From contig CM052818.1 in the NCBI GenBank assembly GCA_028534125.1, positions 28,708,001 to 28,772,000 on the forward strand: a stretch of 64,000 nt of DNA, in the 5' to 3' direction. Origin of the DNA: Lama glama. Taxonomy: Eukaryota. The notes beneath the pieces were generated by a model. The model did not search any database. It worked only from the letters and a program-made list of their open reading frames with translations, and had not been told where the DNA came from. Positions 27,863-40,260 of this stretch are shown one piece after another. Both the position numbers and the translations under genes were made by a program. Position 1 is the stretch's first letter; each line of letters begins with the position of its first letter.

Positions 27863-28559
27863 CATTTTAAATTTCAAATGCAATGGGTAGTTGTGTCATT
27901 CCCTTTACAGTACTAACTCAAGTTCTAAAACTGAGCTAGTAAGACAAGCTATGAGCCAAATGAAAATACGTGAAGGTGATGGAGAATTGAAATTTTTGTT
28001 CCCCTAAATGTTCTATTCTTGAGCGATACATGCAGTCCCAATACCAGGCTTCTATGATACTTGTGATGCCTGTCATGCTTTTGGAGGGAACAGTCTTAGA
28101 TTTCCCCACAGGCTGGTGTAATGCCAACAGCAATCCACTCTATTGGCCAGAGTTTGAAATAATCTCTGAGGAAAATTTGCCTCAGTAACCATACTGGATA
28201 GTGCAGGTAACTTTAACATTTTGAGTGGCAACTTTTTTTTTTTTTTTGCAATTTCTATTTCTTAGAAAATACAAAAATGAGTCATATGAAGAAATTACTA
28301 TCAGGGTGTAGATCAGAATATGGGTCACTTTAGCAGAGTTGCAGGACAGATTCAGATCATCTCCTGGTTGCTTCTCTAAGGACAGAAATTGCACCTAGAA
28401 AAACTGTTGCATCTCTCACGGAAAAAAGATTTCTCAGCAAGGGAAGAGTCACTTACAGTGTAGTTAGGCCCTTCTTACAGCTGACATGTACATGTTTCTT
28501 GTTATAACAAACTTGCTCCCAATTAAAATAATTAAATATCTCATTAAAAGTGGGTTTGA

Positions 28560-28997
28560 ATTGTCATTCTGCTTTTTACAAACCCATAAAGGGTTATCAA
28601 CTCAGTGTTCTTTCTACCTGGAGTTTTTCATGACAGTGTTCATCCCAGATACCTGCCCAGCTTTGTCTCTCACGTCCTATAGGTCCTTATTAAAACATGA
28701 CTTCCTCAGTAAAACATTTTTGACCACTTACTTTAATCTAAACCTTACTAAAACTCACCCTCAACCACACACACACATACACACACCACTAGGCTCCTTC
28801 TCTGTGTTATACTGTTTCTATCATATGATAAACTTTGACTTTTATTCATTTATTTTCTATCTTCCCTCCTTCCCCCATTAACCTCCATAAGATTCTTTTT
28901 TCTAGTTTGTCCACTACTGTATTCTGAGGTCTAGAAGAGTTCTGGAACACAGCAGGCACCAATTAAATATTGATGAATAAATGAATGGATGAATGAC
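28560..28997 (+). mobile_element. LINE-2 3' end
   Basis: Ends 'tctggaacacagcaggcaccaattaaatattgatgaataaatgaatggatgaatga'. Confidence 0.75.
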
Positions 28998-29499
28998 TAT
29001 GATACAGAGAGGAGAGGGTAGTTCCAATGCACAGGTTAGAGCCCAATTCACTAACAGACTGGTATGACTAAGCAGGGTAATTTTCCTTACATTTTTATAG
29101 GATATCCTCCATTAGCCTCCATATACAGAGCATCTAAAACTCCAAACTCCAGTATTTTCTGAACTATCCCAATTATTATTCCATAAGATCTTGATATGTG
29201 TTTGTTATTAAAGAGTAACTATGGATACTTACAGTTTAGAAATAAATATCAGATTTATTCCTTAAAGAAGCATAAAGCGTTTTTATTAAGAGCTTTTAGA
29301 AATTCTGCAATAAAATCAAATAAAAAATACATCAACAAACTAGTTTAATTTTTCAACCCATTTTCCCAAATTTCTTTGACAATAATGTCCCTGTCCCATT
29401 TGAAATATCTGTTAACATCTCTGAGTAGTACTTAGTGAAGCACAATTTAGGAAATTTTAGAGACAAACTCTACCAGTCATTTAAAAACTCAGAAAGTAT

Positions 29500-30970
29500 A
29501 ACACCAATACAGTATTCTGAAAAGAACTGCTTAAGAATTAAATTTAACCAAACAAGAAATGAGTCATAAGAATGAATCAAAGGGAGAAAGATAAATATTT
29601 AATAGAAATAATGTGAACTATGGATTTACATTTAAGACTAGTAATAAAACTATATAGACTTAGAGCTAAATCCATGTAATTCCTGATTAGTATTTTTTTA
29701 AATTTAGTGCAGTTTAAGAAAGGACTTTGAAGTACAATATATAATATAAAAATAAAGTTGATATTACATTAAGTAGAATTTAGAAAATACTGAAAGTTAT
29801 ATTTACAAATAAAGTCTTCATTAAATTTGGGGAAAACTAACCCTTCAACTGGTGTGGGGCAGTGCCCACCATGAACACAAAAAATTTATCACTGATTACT
29901 TACGGGTTAAAATTTAACATTAAAAAATTATGACAAGATGAATAAGAGAGTATTTCAATAATGTTGAGCTAAAGTCTTTTGAAGCAGAGTGTCATGGTCA
30001 GAAAACTAATTTTAAAAGTCACAGGTATGTCTTCACTGTACTTAAATATTGTACATGAACAAAGTCACACAAAATTTAAGGAGAAATAACAATCTTTAAA
30101 ATATATTTGCAACATATATGACAAAGCATTATGTCTTTTACTTAGAATTTCTCCCTTTTAGTAAAAATTAAGACAATAACCCTAAAATCCATTTTTTCAT
30201 AAAAGAAAAAAACACAAGTAAAGCATTAAATTTTTGAAAACAGCCTTGAATTCTTTTAATTAGCTTCTATTAATTTGTCAAAATTAACAAGACTGATTAG
30301 TCTTAGAATCAGCAATATTTAGGGAAATAGGTTCTCTCAAATGTATCACTGATAAGACTGTCCTTCTCACCTAATAATTATCAGAATTAAAACTATTCTT
30401 TCACTTCAGCAGCTCTACTTCTACAAGTTCATCCAAATGAATGAACTAGAAATACGGAAAACAACATGTTGATAGTCATTGTAGGGTTTTTTTTTTTACT
30501 GAGAAATTATTAACAACTCAAAGGCGGGATTTGTAACATCATTTTTAAAATATGGGCTTTGGAATTAGGACTCAGCTAAACTGAGTGTTCAGATCTTGAG
30601 CAGTCTTAATTTTTTAAGTCTAAGTTTCTCATTTCTCACACACACTCAAATACACTGATTCAACAGAATACTATGCAGATCTTCAAACAAATGACATAAA
30701 TGTCTCCAACATGGAAAATGTTCATGATACACTGCTAAGTGAAAAACACCCTGATCCAGTAGACACATTAGACATACCATAAATACATCATCTGCCCAAC
30801 TATATAACATATATCATACAATAAAAAATATATACAAAACTATTAGCAGTGATTATCTCAGAGAGCAGGGCGGTGGTAGATCAGGATAAAGGACTGGGGA
30901 CTTTGGTTTTCTACTTTGTATATTTTATAACCTTTAAATATTCTTCAATTAATGGGTATGGGCTTTTATA
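29500..30970 (+). mobile_element. Highly degenerate L1ME-like ORF2 end / 3'UTR
   Basis: Collinear L1 motifs: 'aatatatttgcaacatatatgacaaag', 'ttcagcagctctacttcta', 'aacagaatactatgcag', 'catggaaaatgttcatgatacactgctaagtgaaaaa'. Confidence 0.6.
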
Positions 30971-31577
30971 AATCAGCAGCAACAGAAATACCTCCAAAAA
31001 AATATCAAGCTAGCTTGAGCCTATTTGGTGTATCTTCATAGCATCTCCGAAGCTTCCCCATGAAGGCAGGGCATGTTATCAGTGTTGTTCAATGTCTTCT
31101 CAATTTAAAATTTTTTTAAAAGTCCACTCTGTACCCAAAGTTAGGTATACCTGAGATTCATAGATCCCCACCTATTTATCTTTTCATTTAAAAAAACTTC
31201 CAATAATTTATTTTTGAATCCTAAAGACTATATTCTTCATCAGTTAATTAATTCTATTACAGGATTAGAATAAGACTTAATAAGGGGGAATGCCATTTAA
31301 AAATCATTTTTTAAACTCTTCTGGATTTGAAAGTGAAGAAACTGAGTTGAGACACAAAGAGCAAGCTAATCTCAAAGTTAGAGGTTAATCCTAGGATTAT
31401 GAATTTTAATAGTTATTATGTAATTTTGTCATTTGAAGGAAAAGACTAAAATGCTGTTTGCATATTTGCTTAAATAATCTCTCACTTCAGCAATTCACTG
31501 AAATTTAATTATAGTCTGGATGGTGATTATTCTGCCAGACCTGGAACTCTGGGGTAGACTCATCCAATGTTCATTTT

Positions 31578-31681
31578 ATTATTTTTATTATTATTATTAT
31601 TTTAAACAGAGGTGCTAGGTATTGAACCCAGTACCTTGAGCATGCTAGGTATGCATTCTACCACTGAGCTATACCCTCCCC
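31578..31681 (-). mobile_element. tRNA-Ala-derived SINE (camelid Vic-1-like)
   Basis: Minus strand GGGGAGGGTATAGCTCAGTGGTAGAATGCATACCTAGCATGCTCAAGGTACTGGGTTCAATACCTAGCACCTC with Pol III A and B boxes and an (AAT)n tail. Degraded TSD atccaatgttcatttt / atcccaacacttatttt. Confidence 0.88.
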
Positions 31682-32329
31682 ATCCCAACACTTATTTTAA
31701 ACTGTAATATGAACTCCAGGAGTATCTGGAGCAATGACATGGGTGAAGAAAGAAAAAAATAAAAAAGAGAGAGAGAGACCTCACAAAGAAACCTGGTGAT
31801 TTTATTACTCTAAAAAGATGAAACATCTTCTGAGGGTAAGTTTCTAGGTAAAAAGAGAGAGTTCATCATCCACCTAGTAATACAAATTTATTCAAGAAAC
31901 TAGACTACTATTTCTGGGATTCATAGACTCAGAAATCCAGTATCTTCAGAACATTTTTTTAAAGAAAAATCTTTCTAATGCAGTGAAACCTCTCACATTG
32001 ACTGATTTAGAATAGATTGTAATTCCAAGGAAATACCGTGTTGGAAATGTACCATTAAAATATATTTTGAATTAAAAAATTGCTATTTCATATCTGAAGA
32101 GGTGACCTATTGTAGTTTCCCAAACAAAATAAATAATCTGAAGTCACTGAATTAAGATGACATTTTTTAGAACTTCTATAGTTCACTTTAATAAAATTTC
32201 CTTAAAGTTGCCCCTAAACTTTTTCACTTTAATTTAACTTATATTTTCTAAATATATCCTTCAGGAGACCTGCAAACACTTAATGAAAATACTCTATTAA
32301 CCCTTTGCAGATAGCTGAAATATACACCA

Positions 32330-32980
32330 CATCGTTTCACCATGCACACCAGCAGCTCTCCAGGGATAACCAATAGCATCCTGCACACAGACTTCTGCAA
32401 GTCTTCCTCAATGACTCCTGTGTTTTTCTTTCTCCTAACAGCAGCCAAAGGGATTCTTTTAAAATTTAACCTTGATCATGGCACTCTCCTTCACAAAATC
32501 TTCCATAATCCTAGCCCTTCTCTGCACCTGCAATCACAGAATAATCCAAAGGCCACAGACAACCTTATGATCTGGTGGGTCTAGCATTCTCCTCCTTTCC
32601 ACTGCTTTGGAGGCACTGCCCTGCATCATGGTCCTCAAATGTACCCTTACCTTCTTTCCTACACGGAAAAGTCTGCCCACAGGTACCTCTACTGCTTCCT
32701 CCTTCTTCCTTTAGATCTCTACTTAAATGTCACCTCAACAGAGAGGTCTCTTCCGAGAACCCCTACCACCCCTACCATTCTTATCTCAGTGTTATGTAAT
32801 GATAGTATATTTGTTTCATATGTTATATAATACTTATTTATATATTATATATTTGTTTTGTTTTTGCTACTATTGTTATTTCTCATCACAAGAATATAAG
32901 CTCCATTAAAGCATAGATTTTGACTGTTTCAATATCAGACATATAGTAGGTACCCCAATGAATATTTGATGAATAAATTT
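32330..32980 (+). mobile_element. LINE-2 3' fragment
   Basis: 'cagcagccaaagggattcttttaaaa', 'tctctacttaaatgtcacctcaacagagagg', tail 'catatagtaggtaccccaatgaatatttgatgaataaa'. Confidence 0.8.
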
Positions 32981-33129
32981 ATGATGATTTGAAGAAATAC
33001 CTCAATGTTATTTTATTTTCCTGAGTATATGACTTTAATATCTTTAACATTCTCTACAAGCCCTGATATGCAGTATAACCAATCTATTAATTTTTTACTT
33101 TTCCATATTTTTAAACTATGAAGCTGAAT

Positions 33130-34420
33130 ACTACATAAGTTTAAGAATTTTTTTTCTGAGTATAAAACCTAGGTTGGATTATCTTGCAGAATTTTAAAGA
33201 TAATATTCTATTTTTTTGGTTTCTACTACTTTTTTCTATTGATAAGTCAATAGTCAGTTTAATTTTTCTTTATTTTAGTGTAATCTCTTTAGTCTTTCAC
33301 TGAACTTTTATTTTCTTTGTCTTCAATTTTCTTCCATTTAGCTCTGAAGGTCTCAAAAGTGGATTTGCCTTTTTAAAATTTTCTTTGGGTTCATAAGTTT
33401 TCTTGAATCTCTGGCTTGATATATTTTATCATTTTGAAAAAAACAGCCATTATCTTAAACATGCCTTTTGTTTCATTCTCTCATTTATTTCTTTCTAGAA
33501 CCTTAATTATACTAAGTTAAAATGTGTCAGTGGATTCTTTTTGTCTCCAACCATTTCTTCCGTATTTCTCAAATTGTCTGTTTTTCATTCTGAATGTGTT
33601 TTTCTTACCTACATTTCACTTATATCTTCAGTTGTCCTTAACCTACTTTTAAATATATCCAATAGGATCTTACCTTATAATGTATTTTTTCAGTTCTAAA
33701 ATATCTACTTTCTTTTTCAGTTGTGCTATCTCCCTTTTTTAAATAGTTTCCAGCTATTTACTGAAATTTCCTATCTTGTTCTTTCTCTTCTTGAATATAT
33801 AAGCATAATTATTTTAAACTATCTCATAATTAAAATTGTAATATCTCAATCTCTTAAAAGTCTTTCTATTTTCTGTTGTTACAGCTAATTCTCATTCATG
33901 TTATCTCACAGCATTGTGTGCCCAGTTATTTTTTATTGCTTGTCAAACACTGGATATGAAAAATTGCTTTTAGAAATAATTTGAGGTCTAGAATGATGGT
34001 TTATTTCTTCAGAGAGAATTTTTATTTGCTTTGCCATGTTCTTGGAAACACCTGCAATCTGGGATAACTGCAATTCAACTTCTGGTGTTAGGTGATTTAG
34101 TTTTAGGTTTCATTCTTACGAAAGCTATACTGTTTCTAACGCATCCTTATTCCTAGGTACCAGAACACTGGGCTCCCACATGAAATAGCCGAGAGTTATT
34201 AGACCTTTTTCTACCTCTGAGAGGCTCAAGACTTCAACTTCTTTTTTCCCCTGAGTCATTCAAAACCGTCAAACATTGCTTAGCTTTCTGATCACTTATT
34301 TTGGAATTAGGAAATGCCCCTAGTGAAACATGTCCCTAGAATCCAGGCCCGAAAAATTTGAGCTTTGCTTATTCTCATTAATTTTGGTCTAGGTCTTTTT
34401 TACTGTCAGCTATTTAATCC
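33130..34420 (-). mobile_element. Old L1M 5'UTR/ORF1-region remnant
   Basis: T-rich strand with antisense L1 ORF1-type motifs 'tttcttgaatctctggcttgatatattttatcattttgaaaaaaacagccattatc' and 'gaaataatttgaggtctagaatga'. Confidence 0.6.
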
Positions 34421-35049
34421 TTCAAGAGCCAAAGGTCTGTTTGTTAATATATTTGGAGAGCTCATCTATTTGTACTAGGTATTCAAAATTACTCATTTCC
34501 CACTGAAAATAAAAAATGCTGGGTTTGAATGAGGAAGTGAATACAGAAGCAGATACCAGAGTTCCAGAATAGTGGGATGGGGTGAGACCAAGAATCCAAG
34601 ATGGTGTACATCTCTGTGATACTAGTTTAACCTGATGATTAGTAAAGATCAGTCTTTCAATGTTCCTTAAACAACATCTTAATACTCTGTAAATCCTCAG
34701 GAAAAAGAGATTAGGGAAGAATACCTTAATGAACTGAGAGAAATTCCTATTGTTTCAGTTTATCTAAATTGATTAACATTATTGAGATGGATTCATTACA
34801 GGAATTAAACATATTTAAAGAGAAAATAAAGTCACTCATCTAGGGCACTATAAGACATATTTGGGTCCTAATCCATGTCTACATAAAGCATATATATATC
34901 TAACCTCAGGTATGGTCTCAGTATTGACCTATGGTGTTAAGAAAATGTTTAATTCCTCATTGGATGATTTTCTATTGGGTTTAATTTAGTATAAAATTAG
35001 AAACATATTTTATAAGCCCTGAATTTCATAAGGTTAGCATTAATTACAA

Positions 35050-35515
35050 GCCCTAGTTATTGAATCTCCTATATGTCCAGAACTGTGCTAAGCTCGTTTA
35101 GATAATTACAGAGGTAATATAAACTACCTGCCTGGGTTTAAATCCTAGCTCTGCTTCTTATTAACTGTGAACTTATGAAAGTTACTTCTTCTCTGGATAC
35201 CTCAGTTTCCTTGTGCAAAACTGGAATAATGATAGCACCCACCTCAAAAGGTTGATTTAACAAATAAATGAGTTCCTCTACATAAAGTTTTTAAAATGGG
35301 GCCTAGCAGGTAGAAAGTACTCAATAAATGTTAGCTACTACTATCTCAAAATTTAAGATAACTCTTCAAGACTGGTGTCATTATTCCCATTTTCAAGGGA
35401 GTATATTCAGTGATGGGAAGTAACATTTCAAAAGTTGTAAAATAAGTGGCAAAGCCTAGAAATGAAACTAAGTTCATCAGGTTCCAAAATTAGCAGTATA
35501 TTCACTCTAAGACAG
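35050..35515. mobile_element. Nested MIRs: + strand MIR (about 35110-35344) inside a - strand MIR
   Basis: 'cctgggtttaaatcctagctctgc...ctcagtttccttgtgcaaaactggaataatgatag...ctcaataaatgttagct', flanked by the two halves of an antisense MIR. Confidence 0.65.
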
Positions 35516-35947
35516 TGACCCTATCTTATCTCAGTGTATGGCCTCATTTCCTATTTGACTGAGACCAAAACCATAACACTGAATATATCAAATTTGACAT
35601 CCCCTGACTTCCAAATCTCTCTGTATAATTTTACCCTTTCCCCTTACCTCTTTATTTCCTTCACTCAATTATATGTCTTAGTTTTTACTACTTTACTTCT
35701 TCATTGGATTCCTTCTACCCATAAATATACTTGTCCCTCCATTTTAAAATAAACAGTAAAATACACATAAAAATAAACTCTCTTACTCTTTCATGAGAGT
35801 CTCCTATTTCTCTCCTTTATCTACTCAGATTTTTTTTAAATTAATCTCATTCAGTGCCCGAAAGCACTCACCCATTAGTAAATCCTATAATTTAGTTTCC
35901 ATTCTTCCCATTGAATGAAACTGCTATCTTAAGACTGAATTTCCAAA

Positions 35948-36063
35948 AAATGTGACAATGAGTGTGTATATGTCCATGAATGACTGAAAAATTGTGCTGA
36001 ACACTGGAATTTGACACAACATTGTAAAATGATTATAAATCAATAAAAAATGTTAAAAAAAAA
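35948..36063 (+). mobile_element. Very young 5'-truncated L1 tail (116 bp) with a perfect 17-bp TSD
   Basis: TSD aagactgaatttccaaa at 35931-35947 and 36064-36080; TT/AAGA target; AATAAA plus poly(A). Sits within degenerate L2-like sequence. Confidence 0.97.
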
Positions 36064-38599
36064 AAGACTGAATTTCCAAATCAGTTGTTATTCTTCTATC
36101 ATCTACCTTTGACTCCTGACAGATATGACAGTTAATATTCCCCTCTGGACCATTCTATTGCTTTGTGTGCATGTGTATATGTGTGGCTCTGAACTAACCA
36201 AGATTCCTTCCTATTTTAATTATATTTCATTGGTTAGCTTTTTCGAAAATTTCTAATATTCTTTCATTTGCTAAATGATGGAATTTCTCCCAACTTTCTG
36301 AAATAAGCATTCTTTCTCTCTGAATTTGTGGCCACATCCACTCTTAAACCTTAACTATAAATTATATAGATGTTTCTAAAACCTCATCTTTGGAACTTCA
36401 GCTCTACCCAAATCCAGCCACATTTTCAACTGCTTAGAGAATTCTTCAACTATGTTTTTTCCAATCCTCAACCTCAACATAAATCTTTTAGTCTGCAAAC
36501 TATCATTAACAAGTGGAAGTAGAATCTAAACTTTCTTATTCCAACAATATCATTCTCACTTGTTCAAACTTTTCCTTCCATTCTGTTACTCTGCTGGAAC
36601 TGAGACACATACTGCCAGGACTTGAGGTAAAGTATACTGTCTATGTGAAAATACTTTAAAGGCCATAAGGATATTTCATTGCTCTTTATTAAATTTGCCA
36701 ATATTTAAGGCATACTTCCTCTTCCTATTCTGATATCAGCATAGAAGAAAAAGTCATTATATTATTCTGTATTATGATTTACCACAACTTATCTGTTGTC
36801 AAGTAACCCTCTATTTTCTTTTCTATTTCAACAAGGAGTATCCCATCAAATATTTAACAAGAAACTCTCCAGAGGTGGGAGATCTTGTATTTATTACATG
36901 GTACGTAAACTTAAAAGAGTGTTCGGAGTGATACACAAGAAAGACAAAATAAAAAAAAATTGCTCCAGAGTTTATATTCTTGTTGTGTGTATGGGTGTGG
37001 GGCGGGGGCAGCCAACCTATAAAAACAAAATTAAAGTATTTTCTTATTATAAAATTGGCTAAGTAGAAAATGTAGAAAATTGCGAAATTAGAGAGTAATA
37101 CAGGTTCATCTCTAACAGAATGGCTCTTTCTTTTATTTTCTAGGTCCTAAAGGCCTTATTTAATAAAGACCCAATTCCCTAACTTACTTTGCATAATTAT
37201 GCGAATGGCTGATTTTTATTTGTTCTGTGAAGTTTGATGTCATTTTCAGAACTTTCAGAAATCAACTGACCGTAATACAAAATGGTGGTGTTTAATGGCA
37301 TATATAAAGTAAACAGGTATATTCTTCCTCCCCCTCACCTCTTGGGCAGTGCCATAAGTGAAGGGATGTTGTCAGGGGCATATGACCAACGACCTTTAAT
37401 ATTGAAGGAAAATCAAAAGTACTCAGGTGGGGAGAAAGTAATTTCTTTTATGGTTTGAGGGCATTTTATGCTTTTTTTGCCTTTTTAATGAATTATTTAT
37501 GAAAATATTTGCAGAAATATCTATTATGCCATTGACAAGTCTTATATTACTAATAGAATAATAATTTATTATTGAACAACATTTAGCAATTATGTTGAAA
37601 CAACTTCCAATTAGCTTCCACATAATATCATCACAAAGAAATGATTACAGTCTTTAGTTTTTGATCTAATAACTGTATACAAATAGTGAAATAGTTATCT
37701 AAATCATAAGCATTCATAAATGAATTATAAATCACAATCATGTATTATGTTTACATTATACATTTCACAGATATTTTCCATTATGACTTGAGGGGTGTGA
37801 AAATATTTTCTTATTTAGATAGCTGCATTTTGTACAGCTTTCCTTAGACTTCAAGACCTAATTCAGGCAACTGGCTTGGGAATATAAGTACTTGTATTAT
37901 TATTTTCATTACCTACTATTCATTTATATAGCATCTCTCTTCCTCAAGGATCTCAAGGTGATTTGCAAACATTAATTGCCAATACCTGTAGTGTTCCTTT
38001 GAGATATGTAAACCTGAAGTTGGACTAATTAAAAATTATAATCAAATCCCTATCTTACACACACACCACACACAGACACAACTTACTTATTTATAAAATA
38101 ACCCCTTCTAGGCTGTGAAACTGTAACTGTTCAGAAGTGAGCAGTGGGGAAACAACGCAGTAAGCTGTTTAGTACAGTGTAGCACAACTCCTGAGAACCT
38201 GGCCCTTCTCTTTGAAGTGATTCGCCTATGTGGGAAACCTAAAATGAGAGGATATGAAGCCAAGTCCATGAAAACTTTGATTACACCAACACGATTCAAA
38301 CTTCAACCTTGCATTTCTGGGATGGAAGGAAAGTTCCACTTCAGCCATTACTGAAGTTCCCTCTCCAGTCCAGTATTACATTAAGCTCTCAACAACCCAT
38401 GTGATATTCAGAGAAAGGATCTCTAATATCTAACTTCTCTGGGCTTCCTCTGACATCTTCATTGATATTGGTTCTTTGTAACCTAGTGACTCTCTAACTT
38501 TGGGCCATGTCTGGCACACTGCCTCCTTGGTCACATTACAAAGCAAGACCCTCTAAGTTTTGGTGAATTCACTGAGACACTGCTGTAGAGAATAGCAAC

Positions 38600-39580
38600 A
38601 GAGCCAGAAGTTGATTTTTGAAAGAAATTAATAACTTTGATGAACCTCCAATGAGACTTGATCAAGATAAAAAGAAGAAAGCCAAATAACCGATATCAAG
38701 ATTAACAAGGAAACATCAATATAGATCACACATTAAAACAGAGTATAATATAAACAACTTTGTTGATAAGTAAAATTTTAAATGAATAAAACAGTTCCTA
38801 TAAACCACAATTCATAAAACTAAAAAAGAAAAAAACAGAAAAACCTAGATAGTATATCTTTAACTATAAAAGACATTCTCAATCATTTCAGGCACATAAG
38901 GTTAAGAGAAGTATCTAGGACTGCCAGTACTAAATATATCACTCTTTCCCCGGCATTATTTTTCCCTTCTGTTAATAGAAGGCTCAACTGTATCATCACT
39001 GCATGAAGAAAACACCAGACCTGTAAGTTTTCACCAATAAATTCTGCCAAACATGTAAGGAGGAAATAAAATCAATGTTACATACACTCTTCCAGAGAAT
39101 AGAAAAAGGGCACTCTTCAATTCTTTGTGGGGCCATCATAACCTTGATACCAAACCACACACAAAAAAAACAAGTACAACAAAAGAAAAACATAGACCAA
39201 GCTCACTCATGAACATAGATGCAAATAATTCTGAGCAAAATATTAATTAGCAAAACTATTTCAATAAGAAATGCAATATATCATGACAAAGTAGCACTTA
39301 ATTTAGAAATGCAATGTTGGTTCAATATTAGAAAATCACTGTGCTCTGCCTATTGAATAAAGAAAAACACTGTATCATCTCGATAAATGTAGAAAAAAGT
39401 TTAATGAAAGTTAATACTGATTCATGATTTGAAAAGAAAATACTGGAAAACTGAAAAATGGAAGGGACATTTCTTAGGGTATTTACAAAAAACCTACTGC
39501 AAATATCTTATTTAATGAATAGTCACACTTACTCTTTGAGATCAGGAATAAGACAAGGATGTCTATTCTCACCACTTGAA
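38600..39580 (+). mobile_element. Old L1M ORF2 (RT region) fragment
   Basis: 'accagacctgtaagttttcaccaataaattctgccaaacatgtaaggagg', 'ataaccttgataccaaacc', 'gatcaggaataagacaaggatgtctattctcaccac' (RSGIRQGCLFSPL). Confidence 0.85.
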
Positions 39581-39616
39581 TTAAAATTCTTTTTTAAAAA
39601 GCTAAATACCAGTGAT

Positions 39617-39618
<2 letters not shown>

Positions 39619-39655
<37 letters not shown>
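39619..39655. repeat. (CA)n microsatellite
   Basis: About 18 CA units. Confidence 0.95.
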
Positions 39656-39658
<3 letters not shown>

Positions 39659-40094
39659 CCCCTTATGTTTACTCAAAACTATTTTTGTATTAATATAACA
39701 GCACTAAGGATAGTCTGATGTTTGGGAATGTTACCAATCAACACATTATAATGGATTTAGAGAACAGTATAGCAAACCAGGAAATGTGAATTTCAAGCAA
39801 AAGGGATGGAGACAAGTTAACGGTGCCAAATAAAGTCTTACCTGACTAACAGAATTCTAGTCAGATGTGGGTGAGTTCTATATAGCATATGCTTTTGGCT
39901 AACCTGTTCACCAGTGGGCTGCTATTATGAATTTTTCAGTTCCCTATGCCTGGTGGGAAGCCCACTGAGAGAGGCCTTCTTAAGTGCTATCATGATTACC
40001 CTCCTTGGTAATGCAGAGAAAACACAACATACAACTTGGTTTCATCACCCATTAAAGTGCAGCTGCCTCCCCAATTGTAATCTCTCTCTAGAGC

Positions 40095-40260
40095 TATGAG
40101 AAAGTTCTCTCTGTAAGCCTGTTTCCTTATCTGTACAATGGACATAGTAACTGTTCCTAACTCACAGAGTTATTACACAAGTAACAGTTAACATATAAAA
40201 AGCATCTAGAATACTGTTTGTCATGTAATAAGTGCTCAGTAGGTATTAATGATCATTACC
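40095..40260 (+). mobile_element. MIR fragment
   Basis: 'ctctgtaagcctgtttccttatctgtacaatggacatagtaactgttcctaactcacagagttatt...taagtgctcagtaggtatta'. Confidence 0.7.

Noticed and set aside
31609..31681. tRNA-Ala gene
   Set aside because: 5' extension, AT-rich tail, TSD remnant and broken stems indicate a SINE.
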